A DNA stretch of 64,000 bases. Source: Thermoplasmata archaeon. Its GTDB lineage: Archaea; Thermoplasmatota; Thermoplasmata; Lutacidiplasmatales; UBA184. The DNA lies in the NCBI GenBank assembly GCA_022750335.1, contig JAKIVX010000005.1, forward strand, positions 16,119 through 80,118, read 5' to 3'. The position numbers were made by a program, and so were the translations under genes. A model generated the notes under the pieces. That model was not told where the DNA came from. It worked only from the letters and a program-made list of their open reading frames with translations, and searched no databases. Every line of letters begins with the position of its first letter. Position 1 is the stretch's first letter. Shown here in pieces: positions 48,636 through 57,877 of this stretch.

Positions 48636-48947
48636 TCAGTCGTGTTCCAGAACCAGGGTCGTTCCCTCCACTCTGACCCGATAGGCGGTCACGGGCCGCG
48701 TGGCCGGCCCATGAACAACCCTCCCATCGCTTACGTCAAACACCGAGTGGTGCAATGGGCACGTCACCTCTTTTCCTGCGAGTGACCCCCGGTCGAGCGG
48801 GCCTCCGGCGTGCGTGCATCGAGCGTCGAGGCCGTACAGCGTCCCGCCGACCAGGAAGACCGCGACGGGCGTACCGTTAGCCGAGACCCTAACTGAATGG
48901 CCCTCCGCTGGCAAGGTCGCATTCTCGATTCGAATGGTTTCGGCCAT
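48636..48947 (-). CDS. Rieske-type [2Fe-2S] ferredoxin
   Basis: CTH...CPLH Rieske ligands. Confidence 0.92.
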   Translation of the reverse strand: MAETIRIENATLPAEGHSVRVSANGTPVAVFLVGGTLYGLDARCTHAGGPLDRGSLAGKEVTCPLHHSVFDVSDGRVVHGPATRPVTAYRVRVEGTTLVLEHD

Positions 48948-49203
48948 AGCTAGCCCTGAACAACACTCGATGATACGGGTTACTTAGCGCCCGCGATGCG
49001 CTCTTAGGAAGGCGACCACCCGAGGTCGCAACGTGGCTTACCACGCCGTCGTGTGGAAGTGCAATTGCACCAACCAGTCGGTCCCCTTGAGGCGTTCCGA
49101 TGAATGGGGGACCTTCAGGGCTGTCGGGGGGTGGCGGAGGACCTGTTAAGTCCCGGTTGGCTCGTGAAATCGCTAAGTCTCGCAGCCGGATTCGGAGTTC
49201 CCC

Positions 49204-50457
49204 ATGGACGTACGGCCGATCACGACATCTCTCGACGCGGCTCGTCGACTTGCTGTCGTCAAGCAGCACCTTGCCGGAAAGCAACCCGCTCGGGTTACCG
49301 GAGAATCGATTGTTGGCCTCGTCCGCGACTTAGGTTACGTCCAATGGGACCCTATCTCCGTCGTCGCACCCTCCCACCTTCTATCCCTCTGGAGCCGATT
49401 GGGTAACTTCGATCCGGCGATTCTGGAGGCCCTCCTCTGGAAGGAAAAGAAAGTCTTCGAGCATTGGACCCCGATTGCGTCGCTCGTACTGACCGAGGAT
49501 TACCCGCTGTACTACTCGTTGATGCGACGCTACCCCAAATCCATGACTCGCTCGTGGGGCAACCAGAGGGGTCGGGCCGCGAAGTTTCTGAAAGAGAACG
49601 CGAAACTGAAGCGACGGATGCTCAGGGAATTGCGTAAGGGACCGCGCACATTAGGTGAGTTCACCGACCATGCTCACACCAAGCGGGCCGATGGCGCGTG
49701 GGCCCCGACCAGCGACGTGTCGCACATGCTCTACCATCTGAGCATGCAGGGCGACGTGATGGTGGTGGGACATGCAGGCAAGCAGAATCTGTGGGGACTC
49801 GCCACGGAGTTCCTGCCGAGTTGGGCGAAGCGGGAAATGTTGTCCGAATCTGGGTTTGAAGAGGCCTCCGCGCAACGGTCGATCCTCGCGCAGGGGATTG
49901 CAACCTCGCGCGAGACGCTGTTCTACTTTGTCCGGGGGCGCTACCACACCCTCGAAAAGACCTTGCAACGACTGGAAAGTAGTTCGAGGATCCACCGAAT
50001 CCAGGTAGAAGGACTTGCGGATCGCAAAGTACGTTACATTCACAGCCAAGACCTGCCACTCTTGGAGAACCTGATGGTGGGGAAAGGGTGGGAGCCCCGA
50101 CTTTCGCTGTTGCCGCCCTTCGACACCTTCGTGGGGAACCAGGACCGACTTCAACGTCTCTTTGGCTTCCGTTACATTCGGGAGCAGTTCTTCCCGCCGG
50201 AGAAGCGGCAGTTCGGCTTCTACGTCCTTCCCGTCTTACTCGGCGAGAAGTTCGTGGGCCGGATCGACCCTCGGCTGGACAAGGAGTCGAAGACCTTGGT
50301 GATCAACTCCGTCCACGCAGAGGTGGGGGCACCGACGGACCGATCGGTGGGGAGCGAACTCCGCGATGCCATCGCAGACCTCGCTGTTTTCGTCGGGGCG
50401 AACCGAGTGAGATACACGTCGAAGGTTCCCGGTCCTTGGAAGGGCGCTCTCAACTGA
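49204..50457 (+). CDS. ycaQ: YcaQ-like (HTH_42) DNA crosslink-repair glycosylase
   Basis: QWD (QxD) catalytic motif in GYVQWDPISVVAPSH...WSRL; FEHW; LLPPFD...RLFGF...KRQFGFYVLPVL...VGRID. Confidence 0.85.
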   Translation: MDVRPITTSLDAARRLAVVKQHLAGKQPARVTGESIVGLVRDLGYVQWDPISVVAPSHLLSLWSRLGNFDPAILEALLWKEKKVFEHWTPIASLVLTEDYPLYYSLMRRYPKSMTRSWGNQRGRAAKFLKENAKLKRRMLRELRKGPRTLGEFTDHAHTKRADGAWAPTSDVSHMLYHLSMQGDVMVVGHAGKQNLWGLATEFLPSWAKREMLSESGFEEASAQRSILAQGIATSRETLFYFVRGRYHTLEKTLQRLESSSRIHRIQVEGLADRKVRYIHSQDLPLLENLMVGKGWEPRLSLLPPFDTFVGNQDRLQRLFGFRYIREQFFPPEKRQFGFYVLPVLLGEKFVGRIDPRLDKESKTLVINSVHAEVGAPTDRSVGSELRDAIADLAVFVGANRVRYTSKVPGPWKGALN

Positions 50458-50514
50458 GGCCTTCTCGAAGGGCTCGCTCCCACTGGTTGAAATCAGTCTT
50501 GCACACTGTTGGCG

Positions 50515-51198
50515 TTAATGTGACTGTACTGTCGAAGTTGGTGGCTTGATGGTCCACAAGTTCGCGGTGGTTCCCGTCGCGATGGCCCAAGGCCTTTGGG
50601 TGAGTTCGACGCTCAAACCAGCCCGACGCGCACCGCGGAGGAGTGCATCGCCTGGATCTTGAGTGATCGGTGTGTTGAGTTTGACCTCGTAGGCCTTCAC
50701 GCCGAGAATCCATCCGGGCTTCAAGGGGTCATCGAAGTCCGAATTTGGCGTGTTATTCCCGAGCGTAACCGTCAACCCCGGGTCATTCCATCGAGCTACA
50801 ACGGTCCTACCACTCTGGTAAACTAGCCGAATGCCTGAATCATCCACATTCAACGAACCGACGAGAGATCCGGTTCCCCACCCAGTCGACGACATCGTGA
50901 TTATGGTAAGAAGTGCTGCCCCAGTCACAATTGGAATCCATGGGACAATCCCTTTCAACGGAGCTGAGTCGCCGTGCGGCGGGTCGACGGTCAAGAAGAG
51001 AGTCCCAACAATAACCAGACCAACCGCAAAAATCCCCATCCCGATTTTCATAGGCACCATTTTTCGAGCGTCGCGGGCCCACCGAGATGTCAAGTCGAAG
51101 TGCTCACTACCGGGCGGGGAGCTGAACTCGGGCAAAGGTTCGCTCGTCGAGCGCGCCACCGCGGCGGGACGACCGTAGTTCACTAAAGCATAACGCAA
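50515..51198 (-). CDS. Hypothetical membrane protein (two TM + soluble domain)
   Basis: Two hydrophobic segments followed by a bPH-like VDDSGIRL...W segment; start uncertain. Confidence 0.5.
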   Translation of the reverse strand: MRYALVNYGRPAAVARSTSEPLPEFSSPPGSEHFDLTSRWARDARKMVPMKIGMGIFAVGLVIVGTLFLTVDPPHGDSAPLKGIVPWIPIVTGAALLTIITMSSTGWGTGSLVGSLNVDDSGIRLVYQSGRTVVARWNDPGLTVTLGNNTPNSDFDDPLKPGWILGVKAYEVKLNTPITQDPGDALLRGARRAGLSVELTQRPWAIATGTTANLWTIKPPTSTVQSH

Positions 51199-51376
51199 TA
51201 GTCGGGCGCCACCTCGTTTCTCCCGCGGTTGACCTCGACGATGCGCAAGGTCATGGTAGCGTCAGTCTTTCCGGTTTGCAGGAACCTCCGACAGCCCCAA
51301 TGCGTGGGCCAAAGGGGATCGCCCATCCCTCATCGAATGGGTAAGTCTTATGATCAATTGTCTCAATTGAGGGGGC

Positions 51377-51595
51377 ATGTTGGCCGACCCGCCGACGACC
51401 ATCACCGTTCGTACCTCTACCCTGAGGAGTCTCTCCCTCTACAAGGCCGGGGGGAGGTCCTACGATGAGGTGCTACGGGATCTTGTGGAGGAGGTACCGC
51501 CAGAGTCATTCCTTCGATGGGCCAAAGAGGAACTCAAGCGGCCGACTCTGACCCTGGACCAGGTCCGGAAGCGACTCAAGCTATCCGAGCCCTGA
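51377..51595 (+). CDS. Archaeal RHH-type antitoxin
   Basis: TTITVRTSTLRSL..YK.GGRSYDEVLRDL; same family as 36766-36984; tandem CAATTG sites upstream. Confidence 0.78.
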   Translation: MLADPPTTITVRTSTLRSLSLYKAGGRSYDEVLRDLVEEVPPESFLRWAKEELKRPTLTLDQVRKRLKLSEP

Positions 51596-51864
51596 TGGCT
51601 ACCGTCCGCTTCTCTCCAGAGGGAACCCACTCCCTCGGCAAGCTCCCACCGGCTGTCCTACGGAAATTTAATCTTGCCTTCTCGACGATTGTGGAGTCTG
51701 GCCCGTCTGCCCCATCGTTGGACGCGCATCATCTGTCCGGGGGCCGGGGCCCATGGACGTTGAGGATTGGGGTTTATCGTGGAATCTTCAAGTCGGATGG
51801 CGCGGAGGCCCGGTTCATCAGATTCGGGCACCGGCGTGCGGTCTATGCCAGGCTTCCTAAGTAG
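51595..51864 (+). CDS. RelE/ParE family toxin
   Basis: TGATG coupling; WTLRIGVYRGIF...FGHRRAVY. Confidence 0.78.
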   Translation: MATVRFSPEGTHSLGKLPPAVLRKFNLAFSTIVESGPSAPSLDAHHLSGGRGPWTLRIGVYRGIFKSDGAEARFIRFGHRRAVYARLPK

Positions 51865-51988
51865 GTGTAAGGCCCATTGCACCCATTCTCCACAAAAAGG
51901 CGGTTTGGACGTCGATCTACCGCCTTGCTACCAACCGAGTCCGACGTTAGCGGAGGCTCTCGGGCCCCTAACGAGGCGAAGGCGACTC

Positions 51989-52543
51989 CTAGTGACGTCC
52001 CGGCGCGGCGGCTGCTTCCAATGCTTGCATCAACACTTCGAGTTCGTAGGAGGCGTTGTGCCGGATTCCGTTGATGTAAAACGTAGGAGTCCCGTTCACG
52101 CCACTTTTGACCCCGCTGAGAAAATCCTCACGCACCCGCTCCGCGAATTCGTGACCCGTTAGGGCCGCTACGAATCTCGGACTGTCGACTTGGATTCGTC
52201 GGGCGTATCCCAAGAGGTCGTTCTTGGCGAGTGCGTCCTGGTTCTCGTAGAGCATGTCGTGCATCTCCCAAAACTTGTCCTGCGCCCCTGCGGCCTCGGC
52301 CGCCTCTGCGGCAAGGCTCGCGTGGGGGTGCATGTTGCCCAACGGGAAGTTTCGGAAGACGAACCGGAGCTTGACTCCCATGCGCTTTTGGACCTCCTTG
52401 ACGATGGGGTAGGCCGCCCCGCAATACGGGCACTCGTAGTCTCCGTACTCCACCAGGCTCACTGTTGCCTTGGCGGAGCCTTGCGTGTGATCGCGAACGC
52501 CCACCGGCAAGACCAGTCGGGGTGAGTGGGGATCCGAGTTCAT
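51989..52543 (-). CDS. DsbA family thioredoxin-fold protein
   Basis: EYGDYECPYC, FRNFPL...HPHA, GVNGTPTFYING. Confidence 0.9.
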   Translation of the reverse strand: MNSDPHSPRLVLPVGVRDHTQGSAKATVSLVEYGDYECPYCGAAYPIVKEVQKRMGVKLRFVFRNFPLGNMHPHASLAAEAAEAAGAQDKFWEMHDMLYENQDALAKNDLLGYARRIQVDSPRFVAALTGHEFAERVREDFLSGVKSGVNGTPTFYINGIRHNASYELEVLMQALEAAAAPGRH

Positions 52544-53049
52544 TTTCTTCCTCCGTCCGCCTCCAGGCTCTCGAGGGCAGCCAGAACCCCCTCGGCACCC
52601 GGGTTAACGCCGGTCGGCGAGATGTAGCTCCATCGAATGACTCCTTTCTTGTCGATGACAAAGAGCGCTCGCCCGCTCTCTCCATCCTTGTCCAAGTACG
52701 CTCCATAGAGGTGCGATACCCGACCCTTCGGCTCAAAGTCGGCGAGAAGTGGAAAGTGGAGCTTTCGGTCCCGAGCAAACGCCCCATGGCACCAAATGCC
52801 GTCGACCGAAATTCCGAACAGCACCGCGTTGTGCTTCTCGAACTCTGGGAGTAACTCGTTGTAAAGCGACATTTGGTCGGAGCAAACGGGACTCCAATCC
52901 GCTGGGTAGAACGCAAGGACGACTGGCCGACCACGGAAGTCGCTCAACGACACCGTCTGGTCCGGGGTGCACTTGAGTTCGAATGGCGGGGCGGGCGTTC
53001 CGGCGGGCAACGGTCCCTTACCTTTGCGACTCTCGCTTGAAATCTTCAC
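52540..53049 (-). CDS. Peroxiredoxin (AhpE-like redoxin)
   Basis: FYPADWSPVC, GISVD, LLADFEPKG, RALFVID. Confidence 0.88.
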   Translation of the reverse strand: MKISSESRKGKGPLPAGTPAPPFELKCTPDQTVSLSDFRGRPVVLAFYPADWSPVCSDQMSLYNELLPEFEKHNAVLFGISVDGIWCHGAFARDRKLHFPLLADFEPKGRVSHLYGAYLDKDGESGRALFVIDKKGVIRWSYISPTGVNPGAEGVLAALESLEADGGRK

Positions 53050-53363
53050 ACCAACTCTCCGCCCGACCCGATGAATGTAGAGCCCTATTTACCGTGCCTG
53101 AAACGAGCTGAACCGATGGTAAGTCCACCCTTGCCGCCCGCCGTTCAGGGGGGCTCACTTGACTTGCAATCTATCTTCGGGCGGCCAACTAGGAGAGCCC
53201 GGCCGAGCGTTTTCTCGTTCCAAACTGAGGCGCTCTCCCGAATCTGCGCCGTGGGTAATGGATGCAAGGTTCAGCGCACCGTCACCTATGGACCGCCGAC
53301 GAACTCTGATCCCGAGTCTCAACTCGGATAGCATATGTCCCCTGAAACCTCCTCCGCGGAATT

Positions 53364-53387
53364 TCCTTATATAAATTTATGTAAGGA
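53364..53387. promoter_or_regulatory. 24-bp near-perfect palindrome (putative operator/promoter)
   Basis: TCCTTATATAAATTTATGTAAGGA, one mismatched pair; between the divergent peroxiredoxin and TauE genes. Confidence 0.55.
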
Positions 53388-53501
53388 TTACTAGAGCCCT
53401 GTTCTTGGGCCCCTCATGAATCTCATTCCGTTCGTCAGTGCGACACCGATAGCAGTAAGTATGCATGCGCACCCACCCCTACCTCCACTCGGGAGCTCAT
53501 A

Positions 53502-54545
53502 ATGGACTGGTCGACCATCTGGCTCGCCATCGTCGCGCTCGGCGCTTCGATCATCAATGGGGCAATCGGATACGGGTTCTCGTCCATCGTCACGCCCATC
53601 GCGCTCCTCTGGTTCTCGAACAAGATCCTGAATCCCGCGGTGGTCAGCGTCGAACTTGTTGTCAATGTAGCGCTCCTCTTCCGGGAACGAGCGTTCATAC
53701 CCGCGACCAAGGGCCGAGCATTGCCTGTCGTGATGACGCTGCTCCCCGGGGTCCTGCTCGGAACGCTGGGGCTCAGTTACCTCGCGGTCAACGACGTAAA
53801 GGTGGTGGTCTATGTGATGCTCTTGCCGATGGTGGTCATTCAGCTTTTAGGGCTCCGACGCCCGTTCACCAACGAGCGTCGAAGCGGGCTGGCAATCGGT
53901 CCGGGAATAGGGTTCCTGTACTCTTTGACGACGATTTCGGGCCCGCCGCTGGCTGTCTTTTTCCGCAACCAGGGTCTGTCCAAGAACGAGTTTCGATGTA
54001 CTCTGGCCCAGGTTCGGGTTGCGGAGTCAAGTCTCACCCTAACGACCTACTTCCTGTTCACCGAGTTTCTCGGAGCCAACTTGACTTCCGCGCCCTCGCT
54101 CGGGCTCGTCCCGTTTCTCCTTGTACCGGTCCTCATTGGTGTACCGGTCGGGACGTGGCTCGTGGCCCGCGTTTCCCGAGACTCGTTCACGCGCTTGGTC
54201 ATGGGGATGGATGGACTGGTCGTTTCCTTTGGTCTCTCGCAAGTGATCCTGAAGCTGAAGTGGGTCGGGTCGACCGTCAGCGACCTCGTTTTCGCCCTGC
54301 TTGCGGCCATGGTGGTCGCTTTGGCGGCGTACTCTCTTTACAAGCTGCCCGGCGCCCGAAAGTTGGTGGATTCTACTCTTCCCGGCTCTCAGGCGTTAGT
54401 GCATCCCGGAAACTCCAGGCCCGTGGTCGGACCGCCCCGTGCATCCACCGGCGATTCGACCGAGCCGGTCATGGAGGCACCCTCCCACAGGGCCACTTCT
54501 CCGGAGGAAGGAGGGCCGCCCTTGCCCGGCCCAACTCTACGGTGA
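53502..54545 (+). CDS. TauE/SafE family sulfite exporter-like membrane protein
   Basis: INGAIGYGFSSIVTP, ISGPPLAVFF; multi-TM. Confidence 0.82.
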   Translation: MDWSTIWLAIVALGASIINGAIGYGFSSIVTPIALLWFSNKILNPAVVSVELVVNVALLFRERAFIPATKGRALPVVMTLLPGVLLGTLGLSYLAVNDVKVVVYVMLLPMVVIQLLGLRRPFTNERRSGLAIGPGIGFLYSLTTISGPPLAVFFRNQGLSKNEFRCTLAQVRVAESSLTLTTYFLFTEFLGANLTSAPSLGLVPFLLVPVLIGVPVGTWLVARVSRDSFTRLVMGMDGLVVSFGLSQVILKLKWVGSTVSDLVFALLAAMVVALAAYSLYKLPGARKLVDSTLPGSQALVHPGNSRPVVGPPRASTGDSTEPVMEAPSHRATSPEEGGPPLPGPTLR

Positions 54546-54776
54546 ATGTCTTCGGAACGAAAATAGTGCACCCGAGCAGTGGATTCCCCCCGCCGGGTCG
54601 AGATTTCACCAATTTCTCTCCCCCTTCTGGGATATTCTGATTTCATGGGCAGTCGACTCCCAAGTGGTAAGTTCCTTCACCCCACTTTCCGACACGACGG
54701 CGAGGGCCCGGCGAGAACCAGTGTGGGCTATTGGGGGTGAGCAATCTAGTTAGTCACTTTCCCGTCCTTCCTAGCC

Positions 54777-56021
54777 GTGGAACGGGACCTCCGGCTACTC
54801 TCGATCGGTTTCGCCATCCGCACTTTCGGAGCGGCTCTCTACAATCCGTTCTTGGCCCTGTTTCTGTACGCCATCCTCCATGTCGGATACCTCGAGATCG
54901 GAGTCATCTTTGTCGGCCTCGGCGTGATTCAACTTCCGTTCGCACTGGTGGGGGGTCTTTGGACAGATCGTGTCGGGCGGCGCCGCCTCATCATTCTGGG
55001 GCTCGCGACCGAGACCGCCCTGACGGCGGCACTCGCCTACTCATTTGACATCAAGTCCTTGATTCTCGCGATCACAGTGGCCGCCGTCGGGGGATGCCTC
55101 CTGTCGGCCACGGGGGCCGCGTACTCCGCTTACATTGCGGATTGGGCGACGGGCTCCGAACGCACCCGGGGGTTCACCTGGTACCGAATCGCATTCAACG
55201 CGGGTTTCGCGGCCGGGGTGGCCCTTGGAGGCACCCTGGTGGCCCTCATCGGATTTGCTGGCGCGGTCGGCGTGGCCGCGACGATCATCGGGGGTGCGAC
55301 AGTCTTTGTGCTGATATTCCTGCACCCTTCCCCGTACGATCTCGGACTCCGCGCGAACGCAACGCGCCCCAACGAGGGCTGGTCTTTGGAGCCACGAAAG
55401 CGAAGTCTGCGGGACAGTTTCTCCCTCCTCGCTCGGGACCGCACCGCGCTCCTCGTTGCATTTGCGTTTGCCCTTGTGTACATGACCGCTTCCCAGTGGA
55501 ACGTGACATTCGCCCTATTCGTCCACAACAAGATGGGAATCTCCTACTCGATTTTGGGTATTGGACTGGCCCTAAACGGATTGGTCGTGGTCTTCGGACA
55601 GTCCTTCACTACGGAGCGAGTGATCGGGCTCCGTCATACTACAATCGGAATCCTCGGGACTTTCCTCTACGTGGTGGCATTTCTCCTTCTCGGGATCTCC
55701 GCGCTGTGGGTGCTCCTACCAATTGGGTTCTTCTTCCTCGCGGTGTTGATCCTGACGTTCGGAGAGAACCTCGGGTCGATTCCGGTGTCGACTCTCCCCT
55801 CCAATCTCGCTCCGCCGGGCGAGGTAGGGGCCTACAATGGAGGATTCAACACGGTGGTGAGCGCCGGTGCGCTCGCGGCAGTATTTCTCGGAGGTTGGGT
55901 CTTGTCCGCCGTCGCCAATCCTCTCTTTGAGTGGATGCTTCTCGTGGTTCCGGCCATCCCGGGAATGATCTTACTTCGGTACACCTCGCGCCGGATCCCG
56001 ATCAAGCAGGATCGAGCCTGA
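54777..56021 (+). CDS. MFS transporter
   Basis: GGLWTDRVGRRRL motif A; about 12 TM. Confidence 0.9.
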   Translation: MERDLRLLSIGFAIRTFGAALYNPFLALFLYAILHVGYLEIGVIFVGLGVIQLPFALVGGLWTDRVGRRRLIILGLATETALTAALAYSFDIKSLILAITVAAVGGCLLSATGAAYSAYIADWATGSERTRGFTWYRIAFNAGFAAGVALGGTLVALIGFAGAVGVAATIIGGATVFVLIFLHPSPYDLGLRANATRPNEGWSLEPRKRSLRDSFSLLARDRTALLVAFAFALVYMTASQWNVTFALFVHNKMGISYSILGIGLALNGLVVVFGQSFTTERVIGLRHTTIGILGTFLYVVAFLLLGISALWVLLPIGFFFLAVLILTFGENLGSIPVSTLPSNLAPPGEVGAYNGGFNTVVSAGALAAVFLGGWVLSAVANPLFEWMLLVVPAIPGMILLRYTSRRIPIKQDRA

Positions 56022-56191
56022 GCTCCCAACGGCCAAGTCATCCTCGCGAATGACCAGCCTTCCGCGATGGCGTGGCTGCATTGTCCGTTGCGCCCAATAC
56101 AATCCGAGATCTCCTCGAGGGACTGTTTCACGCTCACGGAACACGATTCAAATATGGGGGCTGCTAGTGACCGACCTAGACTCACCCGGCC

Positions 56192-57193
56192 ATGAGCGAG
56201 AAGTCTAACTCCCAGCTCCCCGTAGAGGACGACAAGGTCATCCAGTGGCTCCTGGAAGAAGATCAGCCCGTCGTGCGTTCCGCGACGCTGGTCGACCTGC
56301 TGGGACGCAAAGAGACCGACCCGGAGGTCCGGTCTGCGCGCTCGAGGATTGCCCGGGTTGGCTGGGCGCAGGACCTACTCCGCACTCAAGGTCCTAAGGG
56401 GTTCTGGGAGCCGCACGAGCCGACGAACCTCAAGGGGTGGATCGACTTCCTCTACTACCCAAAGTACCTCTCCACAACTTGGGAAGCTCTGGTCCTCGCG
56501 GACTTCGGTCTTGACGCGAAGGACCCACGGATCAAGCGGGTTGCCGACCTTGAGTTCGAATTCAAGCTCCGCCTCAGTTCTCCGTTCAATTTTTACTATG
56601 AAGAAGCGTGCGTGGTGGGGAACACCGCCCGAATGTTGACTCGGTTCGGGTACGCCGACGACTTCCGGGTTCGAAAGCTGTTCGATTGGCTCATCGAGGA
56701 CCAACGTAAGGACGGTGGCTGGAACTGTTCGCAGGACACCCCCGGAACGCTGGACGTCTGGGAGCCTCTTGCCGCCTTCGCGTCGCTCCCTAACTCGAAA
56801 CGCTCGCCCAAGATGCGGGCCGCCATCGCGAAGGGCGCCGAGTTCTATCTCAAACGGCGGCTGCTCCGCGAAGGCCCGCGATATGCCCCTTGGTTCCGAT
56901 TGCACTATCCGAACCACTACTACTACGATTTTTTGGTCGGACTTGACGTGCTCACCCAACTCGGCTACGCGGGCGACACGCGACTCCGCCCAGCCCTGCG
57001 GCTCCTAAGGGAGAAGCGGCAGCGAGACGGAACTTGGCTGATGGACCGCCTGCATCCTGACGTCTCCGGACCAAAGGCAGCCCAGTATCGCAAAGGCGTC
57101 ACCCCGCTCAAGATCGAGGAGCCGGGTAGACCCAGCAAATGGATTACGGTGAAAGCGCTACGGGTGCTGAAGAGGGTCGAGGAAGCAAACTGA
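56192..57193 (+). CDS. Uncharacterised alpha/alpha-barrel (prenyltransferase/squalene-cyclase repeat-like) protein
   Basis: WLIEDQRKDGGWNC QW-like repeat, HYPNHYYYDFL, GRPSKWITVKALRVLK. Confidence 0.65.
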   Translation: MSEKSNSQLPVEDDKVIQWLLEEDQPVVRSATLVDLLGRKETDPEVRSARSRIARVGWAQDLLRTQGPKGFWEPHEPTNLKGWIDFLYYPKYLSTTWEALVLADFGLDAKDPRIKRVADLEFEFKLRLSSPFNFYYEEACVVGNTARMLTRFGYADDFRVRKLFDWLIEDQRKDGGWNCSQDTPGTLDVWEPLAAFASLPNSKRSPKMRAAIAKGAEFYLKRRLLREGPRYAPWFRLHYPNHYYYDFLVGLDVLTQLGYAGDTRLRPALRLLREKRQRDGTWLMDRLHPDVSGPKAAQYRKGVTPLKIEEPGRPSKWITVKALRVLKRVEEAN

Positions 57194-57524
57194 CCTCCCC
57201 CGCGTCTGCAAATGAAGCCCGGACATTGTAGGGGTGGGTCCCTTTTGCCGGGAGCCCGACCCAATCGGTCGCGGGTACGATAGCGCCCTGGGCATCCGAC
57301 TTCCCCGTAGCTTTAATGTCCATTGAACTCGCGGGCCGATTATCCTGCCACAGCCTGAAGAGACGCTGGGTCTCCTTCACCCATTTCTCACGGAATGTTG
57401 CCGAGCTGGTGCCCACCCCTTGGCCAAACCAAGATTCAAGGACGAAGGTTCAACCTCTGCGGGACTTCGCCCGCTCGCCGATGGGAAGCGTCATTCTTCC
57501 AATCGTGGACAGAAAGTAGGCCCG

Positions 57525-57589
57525 CCCACAGAGGTTCGTTAGACCCGACGGGCTCCCGAGACCCCGACGACCTAACGAATCTATGTGGG
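57525..57589. repeat. 18-bp inverted repeat with 29-nt spacer
   Basis: CCCACAGAGGTTCGTTAG (57525-57542) and CTAACGAATCTATGTGGG (57572-57589), 16/18 complementary. Confidence 0.75.
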
Positions 57590-57877
57590 TCAGCGTGTCG
57601 TCGGCCCTAGATTGAACCAACACGAGTTTTGCAGCCATCGTCTTGACATGTAGCTCACGGAAGAGAACGGTGAAATCCTCGGAATTGAGCGGGGTCTAAG
57701 AAATCGCGAAAGGTCGGAGATGCCGACGTCTTTTCCAATCCCACTCGGGAGGTCAAACTGGGACGAGATCGCGTGCTTCGGCGGAGGCGGCATTCATCAA
57801 AAATTGCTGAGGTCATCGAGGCTTAATATCTGGAATCGTTTCCGAAAATCGGGGGCCGTCGTACGTTCGCTCGAAAA

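Noticed and set aside
53364..53387. Palindrome as an archaeal dif (XerA) site
   Set aside because: ATAA and TTAT are separated by 2 nt, not the 6-nt spacer of the 11-6-11 dif layout.
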